A stretch of 62,401 nt of DNA, the filler included, from Chrysochromulina tobinii (Eukaryota): assembly GCA_001275005.1 (NCBI GenBank). It is 5 parts of 5 records of this genome, joined end to end, with 100 filler letters (N's around TTAATTAATTAA, not from the genome) between each part and the next. Parts side by side here need not be neighbours in the genome. Positions count along the whole stretch, not along the records: positions 1 to 3,731 come from JWZX01001055.1; positions 3,832 to 7,837 come from JWZX01001056.1; positions 7,938 to 32,777 come from JWZX01001057.1; 2 more parts are not named here. One strand, written 5' to 3'. Position numbers and translations under genes: made by a program. Of the stretch, positions 1 through 12,600 are shown piece by piece. Each line of letters starts with the position of its first letter. Positions within the stretch are counted from its first letter, which is position 1. The notes under the pieces are model-generated. The model was not told the origin of the DNA. It was given only the letters and a program-made list of their open reading frames with translations, and did no database searches.

Positions 1-214
1 GCCCGAAAGCCAGCAGATTCCCAATGACACTCGCCACTCCGCTTGTCACCTCAGCAGCCTCAGCCAGCGCACGCCCGAGCTCAGCCCAGGTGGCCTGTGT
101 TCTGGAGCCGACGACGTCTTCGATCGACAAAAACTTCGCGAAGTCTTTTCCTTGATGAATTTTGAGGAATCCTGATTGACACCCTGCCACCTTTGATTTG
201 ACTTGATAGTCCAT
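1..214 (-). CDS. Partial ORF running off the window edge; unknown, possibly first ORF of an LTR-type retroelement
   Basis: ATG at 214 opens MDYQVKSKVAGCQSGFLKIHQGKDFAKFLSIEDVVGSRTQATWAELGRALAEAAEV... with no stop to position 1; lower-GC region; PBS-like TGGTGACCCG upstream at 516-525 (minus strand). Confidence 0.35.
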   Translation of the reverse strand, partial: MDYQVKSKVAGCQSGFLKIHQGKDFAKFLSIEDVVGSRTQATWAELGRALAEAAEVTSGVASVIGNLLAFG

Positions 215-703
215 CAATACCCCCTCAGAGAGTCGCCTAGACTATAATCAGGCTCGCAACTCTCAAAACAAAGCAAAGCAAACAACCAATAACGATTAAC
301 GTCACCACCCTTCCCCACAGGGGGAGAGTGGGACCACCCCCCTCTACGGGGGCGGCCGCGACGTCCAACACCGCCACACAGCAAAGAAAACGAAACCTCC
401 CAACCCACCCCCCGTCGGGAAAGCGGGGTTCGAGGCGTGGGTTCTCTCTAAGGGGGGTCTAGTTAGTGTGCACCACTGCAGACAGTTCTGTACCGTAGTA
501 CACGCCCATCTCGTTCGGGTCACCACGTTGAGGCCCTAGGGTGCGTGCGGGTATAGGTATGGTCCGGTCACCAAAAGCAAACTTTCCTGTATCCCCGCAT
601 CGCGTAATGTATCCCCGTACCGTCGCGTAATGTATCCCCGCATCCGGCCAGGCATCCCGCCAGCGCTACTCCGGCGAGGAGCCGAGGACCACGCACAATC
701 GCG

Positions 704-2943
704 CTACTCTGAGGAGATAGCAGCTATGCACTCCTCTATAACCTTCGACATAGCTGCCGCATGCATGCTGGCCTTGGCTTCCGTCCTCTTGCCCTTGATG
801 TTGCTCCCAAAGCGACGTTCTCGCCGCTGGAACGGCGGGACCCGGTTCATGTAGTTGTGGACGTCCGTCGGGGCTCGTGGCGGGCGCTTGAACTCAAACT
901 CGCCCGTGATCGAGGGGATGCCGAGGAGGGCGAGGAGCGTCAACTCGTATATGTGGGTGGCAGCCTTGGATCGTGGGTGCGCCGACATTACGATGATGAA
1001 GTAGAACTGCGAGCAGGGAAAGTGTGAAGGTTTGTGGGTTCGGGTTCGGGTTCAGGTTCGGGTTAGCTCACCTTTCTGCCTCCCATGTGTACCCAGCAAC
1101 GTATAGATGCGCCGTCGGTAAAGCGCCCTTGCGCCAGGCAAGCAAGATTGGGGCGCTGTTGCCCTGCTGCACCGAAGCCTCGCCTCCTGTTATCAATTGC
1201 GTTTATGTCAAAAGTGCCCTGTTCTGCTCCGATGAGCGCCTGAGGGCAGAGAGAAGGGGCCACAGTTCACGCTGGGGGAGTGGGTTAGTGAATCAAGGTA
1301 AGCAGAGGGCACGAGCACTCACTGCAACCACTGGCGCCCAGTGCAGATGGATGACCACGAACTGCTCCATGCGAAAGTTACGTTCTATGGCAGCCTCGAG
1401 CCGCTGCCAGCCGGAGAGGAGGGCTATGCGGAAGTCGGCGTTATCCACGGAGGACTCAGAGGCGTCGAGATGCTCGGCTCCACGGCCGAGGAGATTGTCG
1501 ACGATCATCCTTGACCTGCTGGCCTCGGGCTCCCCGATCCAACAGATCCACTGTAGATCGGGGGTGCCGTCCTCGTCCACGACCTGAATCAGACACAATC
1601 AGAGGCAGTGGTGGAAGGAGTGAGTGGTGGTGCAAGGAGAGTGTAAGGAGAGAGGCAGCCACACCTCTCCCGATGCTGGTACCATGGGCGCAAGAGCCGT
1701 GTCAAAGCCCAGGCGGGCCTGCTGGCGCGCGTCCATGGTCAGGTGGGCGCGGCCTGCGCTGGCCTCGCTGAGGTGGTAAAGATCACGGTGAATGCGCATC
1801 AGCACGTCGAATCCAGTAATGGAAGTCGCGAGCGTGAGGGGCAGGTTGCCTAGTTCTTGGCGACGGACCCTGCACACACGCAGAGGAGTATGGCAACGGG
1901 TAAGAGCGAGGGCAAGGGGGAAATCTGTGCAGCTCAACTCACGCCAGCGGTGTATTTTGAACTGGACGTGACGATGCCGGGTCCGCCACGGTGCTGGACT
2001 CCATGCCATAGGCGGCATGGGAGATCTTGACGATCTTGTCGCCGTCCTCGAAGCTGAACGCGTCCTCCAGCAGGTGGTAGTCCACGAGGAACCTTGTGAC
2101 ACCCTTGAGGAAATAGTCGATGAAAGTGAAAGGGACGGAGAGCTGGCCTAACAAGGAGGACACGCTCGCCTTGGAAGTGCGAAGTTCAGCCACATGCGCG
2201 AACTCGCTGAAGATCAACTCGTTGGCGAAGCGGTAGGCAGCGTTGGCGTACGATGTGGCCTGCTCCGAGTGCTCCAGCCGTACCAGAGCTTCTTGCGCTT
2301 TCATGAAGCTTTGGAGCCCCAGCAATTTTTGGATAGGTAGCTCACCAAATCCAGCCCTCGCTCTTTCAAGGAGCTCGTTGTCAACTAGTGTCGCCGTCCC
2401 CATTGTGGCCGAGCGTGAAGGCACCGGTGGCGGTGGTGGCAGTGAAGGCACCGGTGGGGGTGGTGGCAGTGACGATGAGCCCGGTGAAGGTAGCGCTGGT
2501 GGCGGTGGTGATGAGCCGGAGCCGTCGGCTTCGGCTTCGGTGTCGTGCGCTCCGCTCCACAGCGACGGTTCGCCTCCGTTCCGAGGCAGCTGTTCCAGCC
2601 CTCCTTCCATGATGCGTTTGATCGCCTTCGACTGCTCGAGCTTTCTGCGCTGCAGGGAGTGGAACCTCACTTGAAGCTCGTTGAGGACCGCCGACGCATC
2701 GTCGAGGTGACTCTCGATCCTCTGGTAGATGAGCTGTTGATCCACGGATGGTCGATGTGCAGGAGCTAGTTCTTCTCCGCTTCTGAAATATGGCATCGAT
2801 CGCGCCGCTGCCCTCGACGCTTCACGTGCCACATGGGACATGTGCGCGCGACGCAACTCTTCCAGCTCCGAGTCAAGGAGCAGCCCCGAGGGGATCATAG
2901 CTCGTTGCGAGGGAGCGCGTGCGGCGTCGCGCGGCGCGCGCAT
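704..2943 (-). CDS. Five-exon hypothetical protein (coiled-coil and Pro-rich N-terminal half)
   Basis: ORF fragments 1939-3015, 1599-2102, 1293-1598, 1063-1263 and 704-988 join in frame through GT-AG introns 1870-1942, 1584-1664, 1240-1322 and 1007-1071; no family recognised. Confidence 0.7.
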
Positions 2944-3115
2944 GGTGGCGCGCGTGCGATGAGACGAGACACACGGAGGAACCGTACCTGAGCACGCGCA
3001 CGCGAAAGCGACCACATGCTCGCGCTACAGATACTGGGCATGCGCGGGCGGCGACGCAAAAGCGGCGCCGCATACCTGAGCACGCGCACGCGAAAGCGAC
3101 CACGAGGCCAAACAA

Positions 3116-3238
3116 TATTAACCCAGGAATGCCTTCTTGGGTCATTAGTATTGACCCAGAAAGGCATTCAGGAATGCCTTCTTGGGTCAATAGTATTGAC
3201 CCAGAAAGGCATTCCTGGGTCAATACTATTAATCCAGG
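3116..3238. repeat. Tandem near-perfect palindromes (hairpin array)
   Basis: caggaatgccttcttgggtcaata-g-tattgacccagaaaggcattcctg occurs twice head-to-tail, plus partial copies; a 31-bp direct repeat lies nearby (about 2985-3015 and 3073-3103). Confidence 0.85.
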
Positions 3239-3731
3239 ATCGCATGCACACAAATTCGGTATGCATGCAAGTGGTCGCCAAGACCAAACAAAAGAGACAA
3301 CGGCCAGGCCGGGCGGCTCGGACGAGAGAGCGCTGTCCCCCCCTGGCGGGGAGGGCGCCTCGTCGCTCGCCGCAGAGGGGTGGGCACACAAGAGTCCCAG
3401 GAGACAGTTTGTTTCGCTCCACGAAAACAAACGGTTACGACGGACCTCTAAAGTGTGAGGCTCACGGAAGAAACGGAAAGTCGGGATGGACGCTGTGCCT
3501 GCAATCGAACAAGCATGCACGTCAGGTTGAGGTTTTCCAGAAGATGACCACACATGCTAATTTTGCATGCAACCCCTTTACCGACCGTTCGTGTTGTTGT
3601 CAGTTTCGACCGAACGGAACCGCCGAGAGAGAGTGCCCCGAGGACGATGACGAGCCCGGCCGCGCAGCGCCGGCCCCCGCTGCTGCACTCGCCGTTTGTG
3701 CCCAGCATCATGAGGTGTGACTCAGCGGAGG

Positions 3732-3831
3732 NNNNNNNNNNNNNNNNNNNNNNNNNNNNNNNNNNNNNNNNNNNNTTAATTAATTAANNNNNNNNNNNNN
3801 NNNNNNNNNNNNNNNNNNNNNNNNNNNNNNN
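3732..3831. other. Artificial contig linker
   Basis: N44 + TTAATTAATTAA (stops in six frames) + N44. Confidence 0.99.
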
Positions 3832-6800
3832 CCGGATGCCCACGTGGTACGTTTGGCAGAGTTTGCCCACCCGTGTCTTGCAGCACTCGGGTCGTTTGCG
3901 GTGCCATGGTGTGCAGATCAACGAGCCGCGTGCCTTTGCGAGTGCATACCTGGACAGCTGCACTCGGCTGGGCCGCAACAGGTCGTAACCACTCTGCGCC
4001 CACGCGATGCTGCTTGTGTCGTCCTCGGCGATCTCGGCAATCAACTGCCCTGCGTCTTTGAGCGACCCGACCTCGGTCCCGAATTCCACGATCCCCTTCC
4101 ACCCCTTGTTGGGTGTGGGCTGTGTCAAACCTGTCACAGTTGGGAGTCGAGCGCGAGGAGTCGATCGCAACGAGAGTCACGCAACAAGTTGAGCCTCCAT
4201 CGGAGACGCACCGAGACGCAGTACATTGGGATTAGTCTGCATGTCCATCTTGATGCGTGGGCTGATCACAAGCTCGACGATATCTTGCAGCCCATCTGCA
4301 CTCGTGGCGAGGACCAAGCGCTGCGTGTAGGAACGCGTGCCGTCATAGTCGGGATCAAACTCTCTCATGTTGAAGACAAAGGGCTGGAGGGTACAGGCGT
4401 CCTCGGCCGAATCTTGTGGCGGGTCGCCAAACACAAAGTCAACCATCTCCGAGACGCCTCGTCCCGCTACATAGCCCCCGCCCGCGACACCAACGGTCAG
4501 TTCTGTCGCACCGAGGACGAGCGCTTGTTCGACTGAAATTGTCGTCCCAACTGAAGTTACGGTACTAGTAACAACAGTAGTTCCTGCAGCCGCTGCCGCA
4601 GCTGCCGTAGCTTCTGCTGTGGCCGCACTTACCACTGCAGCTACGGCACCAGTAGTAAGAGCAGTTCCTGCAGTCGCTGCCGTGACTTCTGTGGCCGCAT
4701 TTACCACTGTCGCTACGGCACCAATAGCAACAGTAGCTCCTGCAGCCTTTGCCGCAGCTTGTGTGGCCGCACTGGTCTTTGTAACTATGGCACCAGTAGC
4801 ATCAAGAGTAGCACCAGTAGCAACGTTCATAGCTATTTTGTGCTCAACGAGGATCTCCTGGCCGGGCCTGAGCCCCGACCAGGGGACGGTGAACGTGATC
4901 TTGCCCCACTGCGTGTCGGCGAGCAGCTTTTGGCCGGCCCCCCAGTAATAGTCGGCCGGCAATTTTAGCCTCACCATCACGGTCTGCAGCGTGGTCACCC
5001 CCATTGAAGCTGCGAATCTGGCTCCAAAATTAGCCAGTGCAGCACCCGCTTCTGTCAAAGTGATGACCAATGCGTTGCCCATGCACGTGCGCGCGAATCC
5101 TGGGGCAGCCGTCACGGCGTAGACCGCCAGCCCAAATCCAATCCCAACGCTACCAACCGTGATGGCGGTGTAGCGTAAGATACGCTCCGACGTGTCGGGC
5201 GCCACTTCAATCACCGCTCCGTTACACTGAAGCGCCGACAAGTCTGCCATGGACCCGATCTCTGCCTCCAGCTGCCGCCGCTCGACGGTAAAAGTCGCTG
5301 TCGTACCCGGTGGCGCGCCCATCCGCTGCAGATGGTTGTCCTCTGGGGGCGATGTCATCTCGGTGAGAACTGGGCGTGGTACCCTTGTACCAAGACCGCT
5401 GATGTTGCTCGAAGAAGCGTCCCAAAGCTGGCGCCGTGCGGGGGTGATCGTGATGCCACGCATGATGGCATGGCGTTCCTCGAGCGTGATCTGGCGCACG
5501 GCAACAGACGGCTGCGAGCGCGTTTGGAGTTCAGCGAGCTGCTGACCGAGCGTGAGCACGACGGCGAGCAGCAAGGAGAACCATATCAGCGAGCACCGCG
5601 CCCGGGAGCAGCCGCAGCAGGCGAGGGCATTCGTCGGTTTTGGCGTGGGCGCGTTGGCCGGTCGTAGTCGAGTGCCACAGCACTGCCTCGTAGTCGCGTT
5701 TTCTTCGTCGTCACTCAAGTCGACGTACCCGGACGCTCTCGCGTTCATGGACGCTCTCACTACACGGCTCTCCCCCCAGTATTGCTTGCTCAGCGTCTCG
5801 CGCTTCTCCGGCGCCGCCTCGTTGCCGCCGACCAGCAGACGATGGGCACAGTGCAGCGCAACGAGAGCACCTGCAAATGGCAAGGCATTGATGAGGGTGC
5901 ACGTCGCTGCACCCTGCTGCAGCACGAGATGGAACGAGTGCACCGCGAACATCAGACTCACGAATGCAACGACACCCACCAGGCTGCGAAAGCGGGTCTC
6001 GTATTTGGACCACCACTGCCCCTTCTGGTCGGCAGGGGCAGGATTCTCCAGTCGTTCCAGGATCGGGTCGGCAACCTCCAGCGTCAAGTCGTACCAAATC
6101 GTAACGACCGAGAGGAAGATGACGCCAGCGACAGCGACGAACCGCGCCAAGAGATAATAGCTCGTCGTCGTGGTATTCTCGGGCAAGAACGGAAACACGG
6201 CGCACTTGCCGTCCTCTCTTTGGCTGAGAGCAGTATACACCATGGCGACCAGCGCCGTGAGAAGTATGGACGCACCGTTGAACGTCTGTACCCAAGCATG
6301 CATGCGCTCAGCGTACGTGATGAGCGTCTCCTGAAGGTTGTGGCGCCGGGCAGCCTCGACCCGCTCGACCCGCTCCACGGCCAAGACACGCTCCACGACA
6401 CGCTCGACGACAAGCTCTTTGGGCGTTAATTTGACAGCCGAACGCATCGTCCGAAGCTCTTGGGGCGTTATGGCGTCCAGTTGTTGGCAGTATTCGATGC
6501 CCACGGAGGCAGACGGGTAGTGCGGACCGGCCTGCAGCCAGCCGCCTATCTTGGCCGAAGAGCTCTGGAGCTGCTCGACCGTGGCACTGCCGATTGGGAT
6601 CCGATGGAAGGCCTCGTAGTTGCGGAACGCCATCTCGAGCTCGCCTTCTCGAGCGCGCTTGACGAGAAGCACCGCCGGGTAGGGCGAAGCATCAGCGATG
6701 CCAAGAAGGGACTCGATTTGACCGTCGGCGCGCAGCTTGGCTGCGAGCTCCTTGCGCGAGATCTCGCCGCTGCCATCCTTGGCCATCGACTCAAACAGCG

Positions 6801-7302
6801 CATCTACCCTCGCCTTCAGAAGAGCCACTTCCCTGTCCGCAAGCAGAGAAGCCACGAGCTCTTCGCGCGTATGCTTCGGCGTAATGTACGTATCGCCGTT
6901 TTGGTCGGTTCCCATCTTTTCGAGGATGCGCATGACGTGAAGCACCTCCGGGACGGTCGAAGCATCAGCGATGCCAAGAAGGGATTTGATTTGACCGTCG
7001 GCGCGGAGCTTGGTTGCAAGCTCCTTGCGCGAGATTTTGCCGCTGCCATCCGTGGCCATCGACTCGAACAGCGCATCTACGCTCGCCTTCAGAAGAGCTG
7101 TCTCGTCTGCATCAGCCGTCGCTGCAGGCGCTGAAACATCCGCTGCAGCCGCATTCGCGGCAGGCGCTGAAACATCAAGACGTTGAAACTGAAGCACGGC
7201 TTCAGGGGCCACAGTATCGGCGCTCTCTTCAGGAGCCGATACAAGCGCTTCGGGCGTCTTTGCTCTGCGCGCCATCAGCGTGCTTGCCTTTGGTGCGTGC
7301 AT
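3832..7302 (-). CDS. Large membrane protein with duplicated N-terminal EF-hands, about 6-7 TM helices and an Ala/Thr/Val-rich region; 3' end truncated by contig end
   Basis: ORF 4177-7572 (first ATG 7302); EF-hand loops DGSGKISRKEL and DGSGEISRKEL in an internal duplication; hydrophobic segments; phase-1 GT-AG intron 4131-4211 joins frame 3784-4170. Confidence 0.7.
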
Positions 7303-7837
7303 GCTTCTGTGATAGGGGGAAGGCGAACGTCTGGTGATTGGAGGAAGAGAGACGCGATACGGATGGCAAGGCATCGCAACCGCCGTGCACGCGCGTGGGA
7401 TTGGTGCTCGTGTGGGAGCAGAAGTTGGAGGCGCGGTGCCTTGGGTAGCTGGGCATGGAGTGGGTCGCGCGCGCGGGGACGTGCAGGGGGAGCGCGCGCG
7501 GCCCGAATGCCGGTTGGAAGGTGCCAAGGTAGGGGTGCAGGGAAGGCGTGTGCGGGTGCGCTGGGCATTCACGCGGAATAGATGGCTGGGCGCGGCGTGT
7601 CGGGGCTACAAGCGACATTTGTGCGCACTCTTTGGATCGGGAACGCACACAAAGTGAGCGCGCGACCGAAGAAGCGAGCGAGCTCACGAAGCGAGCTCCC
7701 GGTAATAAGAAGCGAGAAGCGAGCGCGCCGCGTTGAACGTGTATTCGGACACATAGCACAGTGCCGTAGCACCGGTTGTCGCGTCTGTCGTGTTAACGTT
7801 CACACGGGACACACGGGCACACGGATACGAACGCTAT

Positions 7838-7937
7838 NNNNNNNNNNNNNNNNNNNNNNNNNNNNNNNNNNNNNNNNNNNNTTAATTAATTAANNNNNNN
7901 NNNNNNNNNNNNNNNNNNNNNNNNNNNNNNNNNNNNN
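7838..7937. other. Artificial contig linker
   Basis: N44 + TTAATTAATTAA + N44. Confidence 0.99.
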
Positions 7938-8332
7938 GCCTGCGGCGGGCTAAGGGGCAACTTGAATACCCCTTCCAGAACGCGCCCCCCTGTCGGTCCT
8001 CGACAAGTGGTACCTACCCATTGGTGAATCATCTTTATTATTGTGCAGGCACCGGGCTACGCGCAGGGATCAGGAAACGAGCTGACACCAATTGTCTGCC
8101 TCGTTCTAGGTTCTACCCACCTAGGGGACCTGTGTGGGAAATCTGTGTCCCAGAAGAGCTCCCGAGATTTGGGAGCTCACATACATGCTTGCATGTACAA
8201 CTGTAGACGCTAATGACCGGGTGACCCTCTCCAGGCCGATACATGATTGGTGAATAACCGATATAAATACTCGCGACCTAAGAACGTCCGCCCGCGTAGA
8301 GACGAGAGAGCGCCGGACGCGGCCTGCAAAAC

Positions 8333-9088
8333 CTAACGGCAACGGTCCCCCACTCCACGCACACAGCTGTCAGCTAAAGCATGAGGATCGAACAGGTGGG
8401 GCACTGTGCAGAATGCAGACGCCAGCTCTGACCCTCTCGTCGTCGACGACGTGCGTGTGCCTGAGTCCTCGGCACGCATCCACGCACGTATTTTGCCAGC
8501 GTGTGCCTCAGCAGCGAGATTCGCGTCGAGCGCCTTGATTGTTGCTGATGACACGACCTTGCTCGTCGACGACGTGGGCTGCTTGAGGCCGGCCTCGGCG
8601 AGCATCACCGGCCGGTTGCCGCAGCGCCGCAGGACATTGATGTCTGCGGTTGATCGATGCGTGTTCGCCTGGCTCGTCAGGAGCGCGATCGTCGCCTGGG
8701 GGCAGCCTTGCGTCACTGGCATGAGCTCGAGCACCTCGCGGGCTCGTTTGTCTCGCTTGTTCATGGCTGGGGCCTTGGCAGGCAAGAGCGTTCTCGTGAG
8801 GTTGGTCACGGATTCGTTGCGAGCGAGCGCGAGCCATCGGCGGCCGAGCACCTCGAGATGCACCGCGGGCGAAGGGCTGTGCTTCAGCAGCACATCGACC
8901 ACTTGCTGCACGATGGCATTGGCGTCAGAGTCGATGGGACTCGGCGACGGCTCGCACGCAATAGGTACGGGCGGCTGATTCGGAAGGGCACCGAGCGCAT
9001 TGGCGAAGGACTCGAAGTCGGTGTGCTGGGTGGCGAGCATGGAGACGAGGAGCAGGCGGACGTTGGCGCACTCGCAGGCATTTTGCAT
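8333..9088 (-). CDS. Hypothetical protein or gene fragment
   Basis: 251-aa ORF with coding-like GC bias; no recognisable motif. Confidence 0.3.
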   Translation of the reverse strand: MQNACECANVRLLLVSMLATQHTDFESFANALGALPNQPPVPIACEPSPSPIDSDANAIVQQVVDVLLKHSPSPAVHLEVLGRRWLALARNESVTNLTRTLLPAKAPAMNKRDKRAREVLELMPVTQGCPQATIALLTSQANTHRSTADINVLRRCGNRPVMLAEAGLKQPTSSTSKVVSSATIKALDANLAAEAHAGKIRAWMRAEDSGTRTSSTTRGSELASAFCTVPHLFDPHALADSCVRGVGDRCR

Positions 9089-9112
9089 GCGCTGCTACTC
9101 CGTCCGCCTGCA

Positions 9113-9490
9113 ATTCCCCGAATAGTCAATCCGCGGATAGTCAATCCCCGACTTCGCATAGTTGATCCCGAATAGACAAATCAAGGCGCCAGACATTCGT
9201 GGGGGTCCCCCCATTCAAAGACACCCCCCATTCAAAGACACCCCCCCGAATAGACAAATCGGGGAAGTGTGCGCAGCTCAGAGTAAACGAATGGTTTGTT
9301 TCCTTTTTTATCGACTGACAACGGCGGCCGCTCTGGAATTTGGTCACACACTAGCTTGCAGCTGTAAATTGTCTAATTGTCGGTACCTTGTCTTGTCGCT
9401 TGTGTGTCGATTCAAAAATTCAACTGAACCTTTCTCAATATATGACGGTACCTTGTGTGTCGATTCAACTGACCCTTTCTCAATAAATGC
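9113..9490. repeat. Cluster of short direct repeats upstream of the CAF-1 gene
   Basis: ccgaatagwcaaw x3, ccccattcaaagaca x2, ttgtgtgtcgattcaa...ttcaactgamcctttctcaata x2. Confidence 0.7.
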
Positions 9491-9623
9491 GCCCCAGGTG
9501 CACAGTGTGCACATGTGTGCGTCGGCCAGGCTTCTCGTGAGAAAAAAAGGGTTCCCACTAGCGTTCTGAATTTCCCGCGAATCCTGCCCGCGGCCGCGAC
9601 CGAGCCACCGCAATCCCCCACGA

Positions 9624-12600
9624 ATGCCGCGCGTCACGCTGCGCGCCAACGGCGTCGTGACGCCCAGCTATCTCGTCAAGCTGCCCGAGACCTACGCCGG
9701 TCTGCTCAAGCTCGCCGACGTCAAGCTGGGCGAGGGTTTTGGCGCAAAGCGCATCTTCACGCAGAACGCCGCCGAGATCCACGAGGAGGAGTTTGAGCTG
9801 ATCGAGGATAACGACGTGCTCTACGTGAGTCGCGGCGAAGACTGGATCCAGCCGCCCGCCCCACCAGCGACGGCCACCTCGTCGGATGCCGCGGGTGCGG
9901 CTCCGGCGGCGACGGCCCCACTTCCTTGGCCGCCGGCCAAGCCGCCGGCGCAAGCGAGCAAAGAGCTGCCGCCTGGGTGGGTGGCCGTGCGCCACGAGCC
10001 CCCGAGTGGTGCGTACACCGTCTACGAGGGCCCGGCCGGCAAGAAGGTGCGCTCAATCAAGGACGCTTGGCGCGTCCACGAGAACCTGCCGCCGCCGGCG
10101 AAGAAGCCCAAGGAAGACAAGAAGGAGGAAGCCAAGGGCCTTCCGCGCGGCAGCGCACCGAGCGGCCGCGCACCGAGCGGCAGCGCACCGAGCGGCGGCA
10201 CGCCGAGCGGCGGCACGCCGAGTGCCGAGCGATCGTCGACGACTGCCGCGGCCGCGGCACCCGCAGCGACGGCGGTCAGTCCTCATGGGCTCACGACAGC
10301 GCCAAAGTCCAAGCAGGCGATCAACCCGGCGGATTTCTTCGCCAAGCCAGCCAAGGTGATGCCCAAGGCGGCGGTGGCGGCCGAAGGCGCCGTCGTGGGC
10401 GCCACCGTAGCCGGACCCGATGCCGCTGCCGCCGCCTCGTCGGCGACGGAGACCGGGCGCGCGGCGCCGATGGAGCTAGAAGCTGACTCGGCGACCGGTG
10501 CTGAGGGTGCACCCGTGGAAGCGAGCGTCGACGACGAGGACGACGAGGACGACGAGGTTTTCGAGGTGGCCGGGATCGTAGACGAGCGCACGGCCACCGG
10601 CGGCACGACCGAGTACCTCATCGTCTGGCGCGGCTATGGAGAGGATGCAAACACCTGGGAGCCATCCGATAACATCTTTGACGAGACGCTGGTCACGGAC
10701 TTTCGCGAGCGTGAGGCGATGCTCATGGCGCTCGATGCGGCGCAGCTACGCGCGCATATCGAGGCCGCGCGCGCTACCCTACCGGCCGAAGCACTGCCAC
10801 CTTTGCCGCTAGACACGATGCCGTTGGCAGCTGACGCCACCGCCGCCGCCGCCGCCGCCGTCGCCGATGGTGCAAACGGGGACTCAGCGCCCTCGGATGC
10901 CGCCGGCACCAGCATCCATGCGGCCGGCGGCGTCGCCGATCCCGACACGGAGGCGCTTGCGGAAGTTGCTCTCGCGGCCGCTGGCTCGGCAACTGGTTCG
11001 TCAATTGCGGAGGGTGCTCTCGCGGACCCGTCAATGGGTTCGTCAATCGCGGACCTCCACGTGCTGCGAGCGCTCGCTCGCCGTGCCGAGCAGCTCAAGG
11101 TGCAGCAGCATGCGATGGCCGATGGACCAGCACGTGCCGGCGGAGAAGGCAGCAGCAGCAGCAGCAGTCTGAAGAAGCGCAGCGCGCCCGCGGCGGGCGG
11201 CGGTGGCGCCGCGCACACGTCCAAGCGGGCGCGCAAGGACACCCCCAAGGGTGTGGCGGTGCGAGCTGAGAAGGAGATGGCACGCCTGCAAAAGTCGGCC
11301 GAGACGGAGGCGGCGCGCCTGCAGAGGGTGGCGGAGGCGGCGGCCAAGGCGGCTGAGACGGAGGCGGCGCGCCTGCAGAGGGTGGCGGAGGCGGCGGCCA
11401 AGGCGGCCGAGCGTGAAGAGGCGCGCCAGCGCAAGGAGGCGGAGCGCGTCGCGAGGGAGCAGGAGCGGCTGATCCGGGAGGCCGAGAAGGCGGCGCGCGC
11501 GGCAGAGAAGGAGGAGGAGAAGGCCCACAAAGAGGCCGAGCGCCTCGCCAAGGAGAAGGCGAAGCAAGAGGAGGTTCGTCAGAAGGAGGAGGAGAGGCGT
11601 CTAATCGAGCAGCGCAAGGCCGAGCAGATGCAAAAGCTCGAGGAAGCAAAGAAGCGCCAGTCCATCTCCAACTTCTTTGGCGCGAAACCGCCAGCCAAGG
11701 TGCCTCGGACGGATAGCGGGGCCGAGGCAGCAACGGCCTCGCCTCTGCCGTCGAGATCCCCCACTGCTGCTGGCACGGCGGGGGGCTCGTCTGCCGACGT
11801 CGCAGGGGCAGCCAGCGGTGCTGCCACAGCCAGCGGTGCCCAGACTTCCGTTGGCAGCGTGGCCTCGGTCGGCTCCGGCGCCGGCGCGCTTGAGGGCGCG
11901 CCTGGCACGTCAGCCTCGGCCGGCCGCATCTTTGTGCGTGGGGGCAAGGAAGTGAAGCCTTTCTACTTGGCGCCCGAGACGACGCTCGGCGCCGAGCCGC
12001 CGCTGCGCGTGCCGCCGCCCACGGCAAAAGGCGCATCGGCCTATGTTGGAACGCTGCTCGAGTACCTCGCGCAGCAACCTAGCCACCCCCCTCCGCCGCG
12101 CGCGCCCGCGAGCCTGCGACGGTCGGCGCACCGGCGGCGGCGCGTTGTGCTGAGCAGCACGCTGAGCGTCACGGCGCCGTGGCAGTGGGCGCGCATGAAG
12201 ACTCTCGCGTTCGATGAGGACGTGCGCCCGGCTTATCACGGCACCTTCACGCACGCGTCCTTTGCGCTGCATGCCGCCGCCGAGGCGGCGGAGGCGGAGG
12301 CGCTCGCCAGCGTCGACGGCTGGATCGACTCAAGTATGGACGAGGATGCGCCCGCGACGGCGCCTTCGCTCCTCTTCGGAGACTCTTCGGCGCCCGACAC
12401 AGCGCCTGATGGCGCCGACGACGACGGCTTTGAGGTCGGTGCGACGGGCGCGGTGACGGGCGCGGCACCGGGCGCGGCACCGGGCGCGGCACCGGGCGCG
12501 GCGCCGGGCGCGGCGCCGGGCGCGATGTCGGGCGCGTCCCACGGATTGGCCACGGCGGCGCTGGTGGCGTCGTCACGTAGCTTCGACTCGCTACGCTTGG

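Noticed and set aside
1035..1065. (GGGTTC)n resembling a telomeric repeat
   Set aside because: Short intronic microsatellite, not TTAGGG-type and not at a contig end
3732..3831. TTAATTAATTAA palindromes in N runs (also 7838, 32778, 51606)
   Set aside because: Identical 100-nt artificial contig joins; not biological, and ORFs running into them are truncated artefacts
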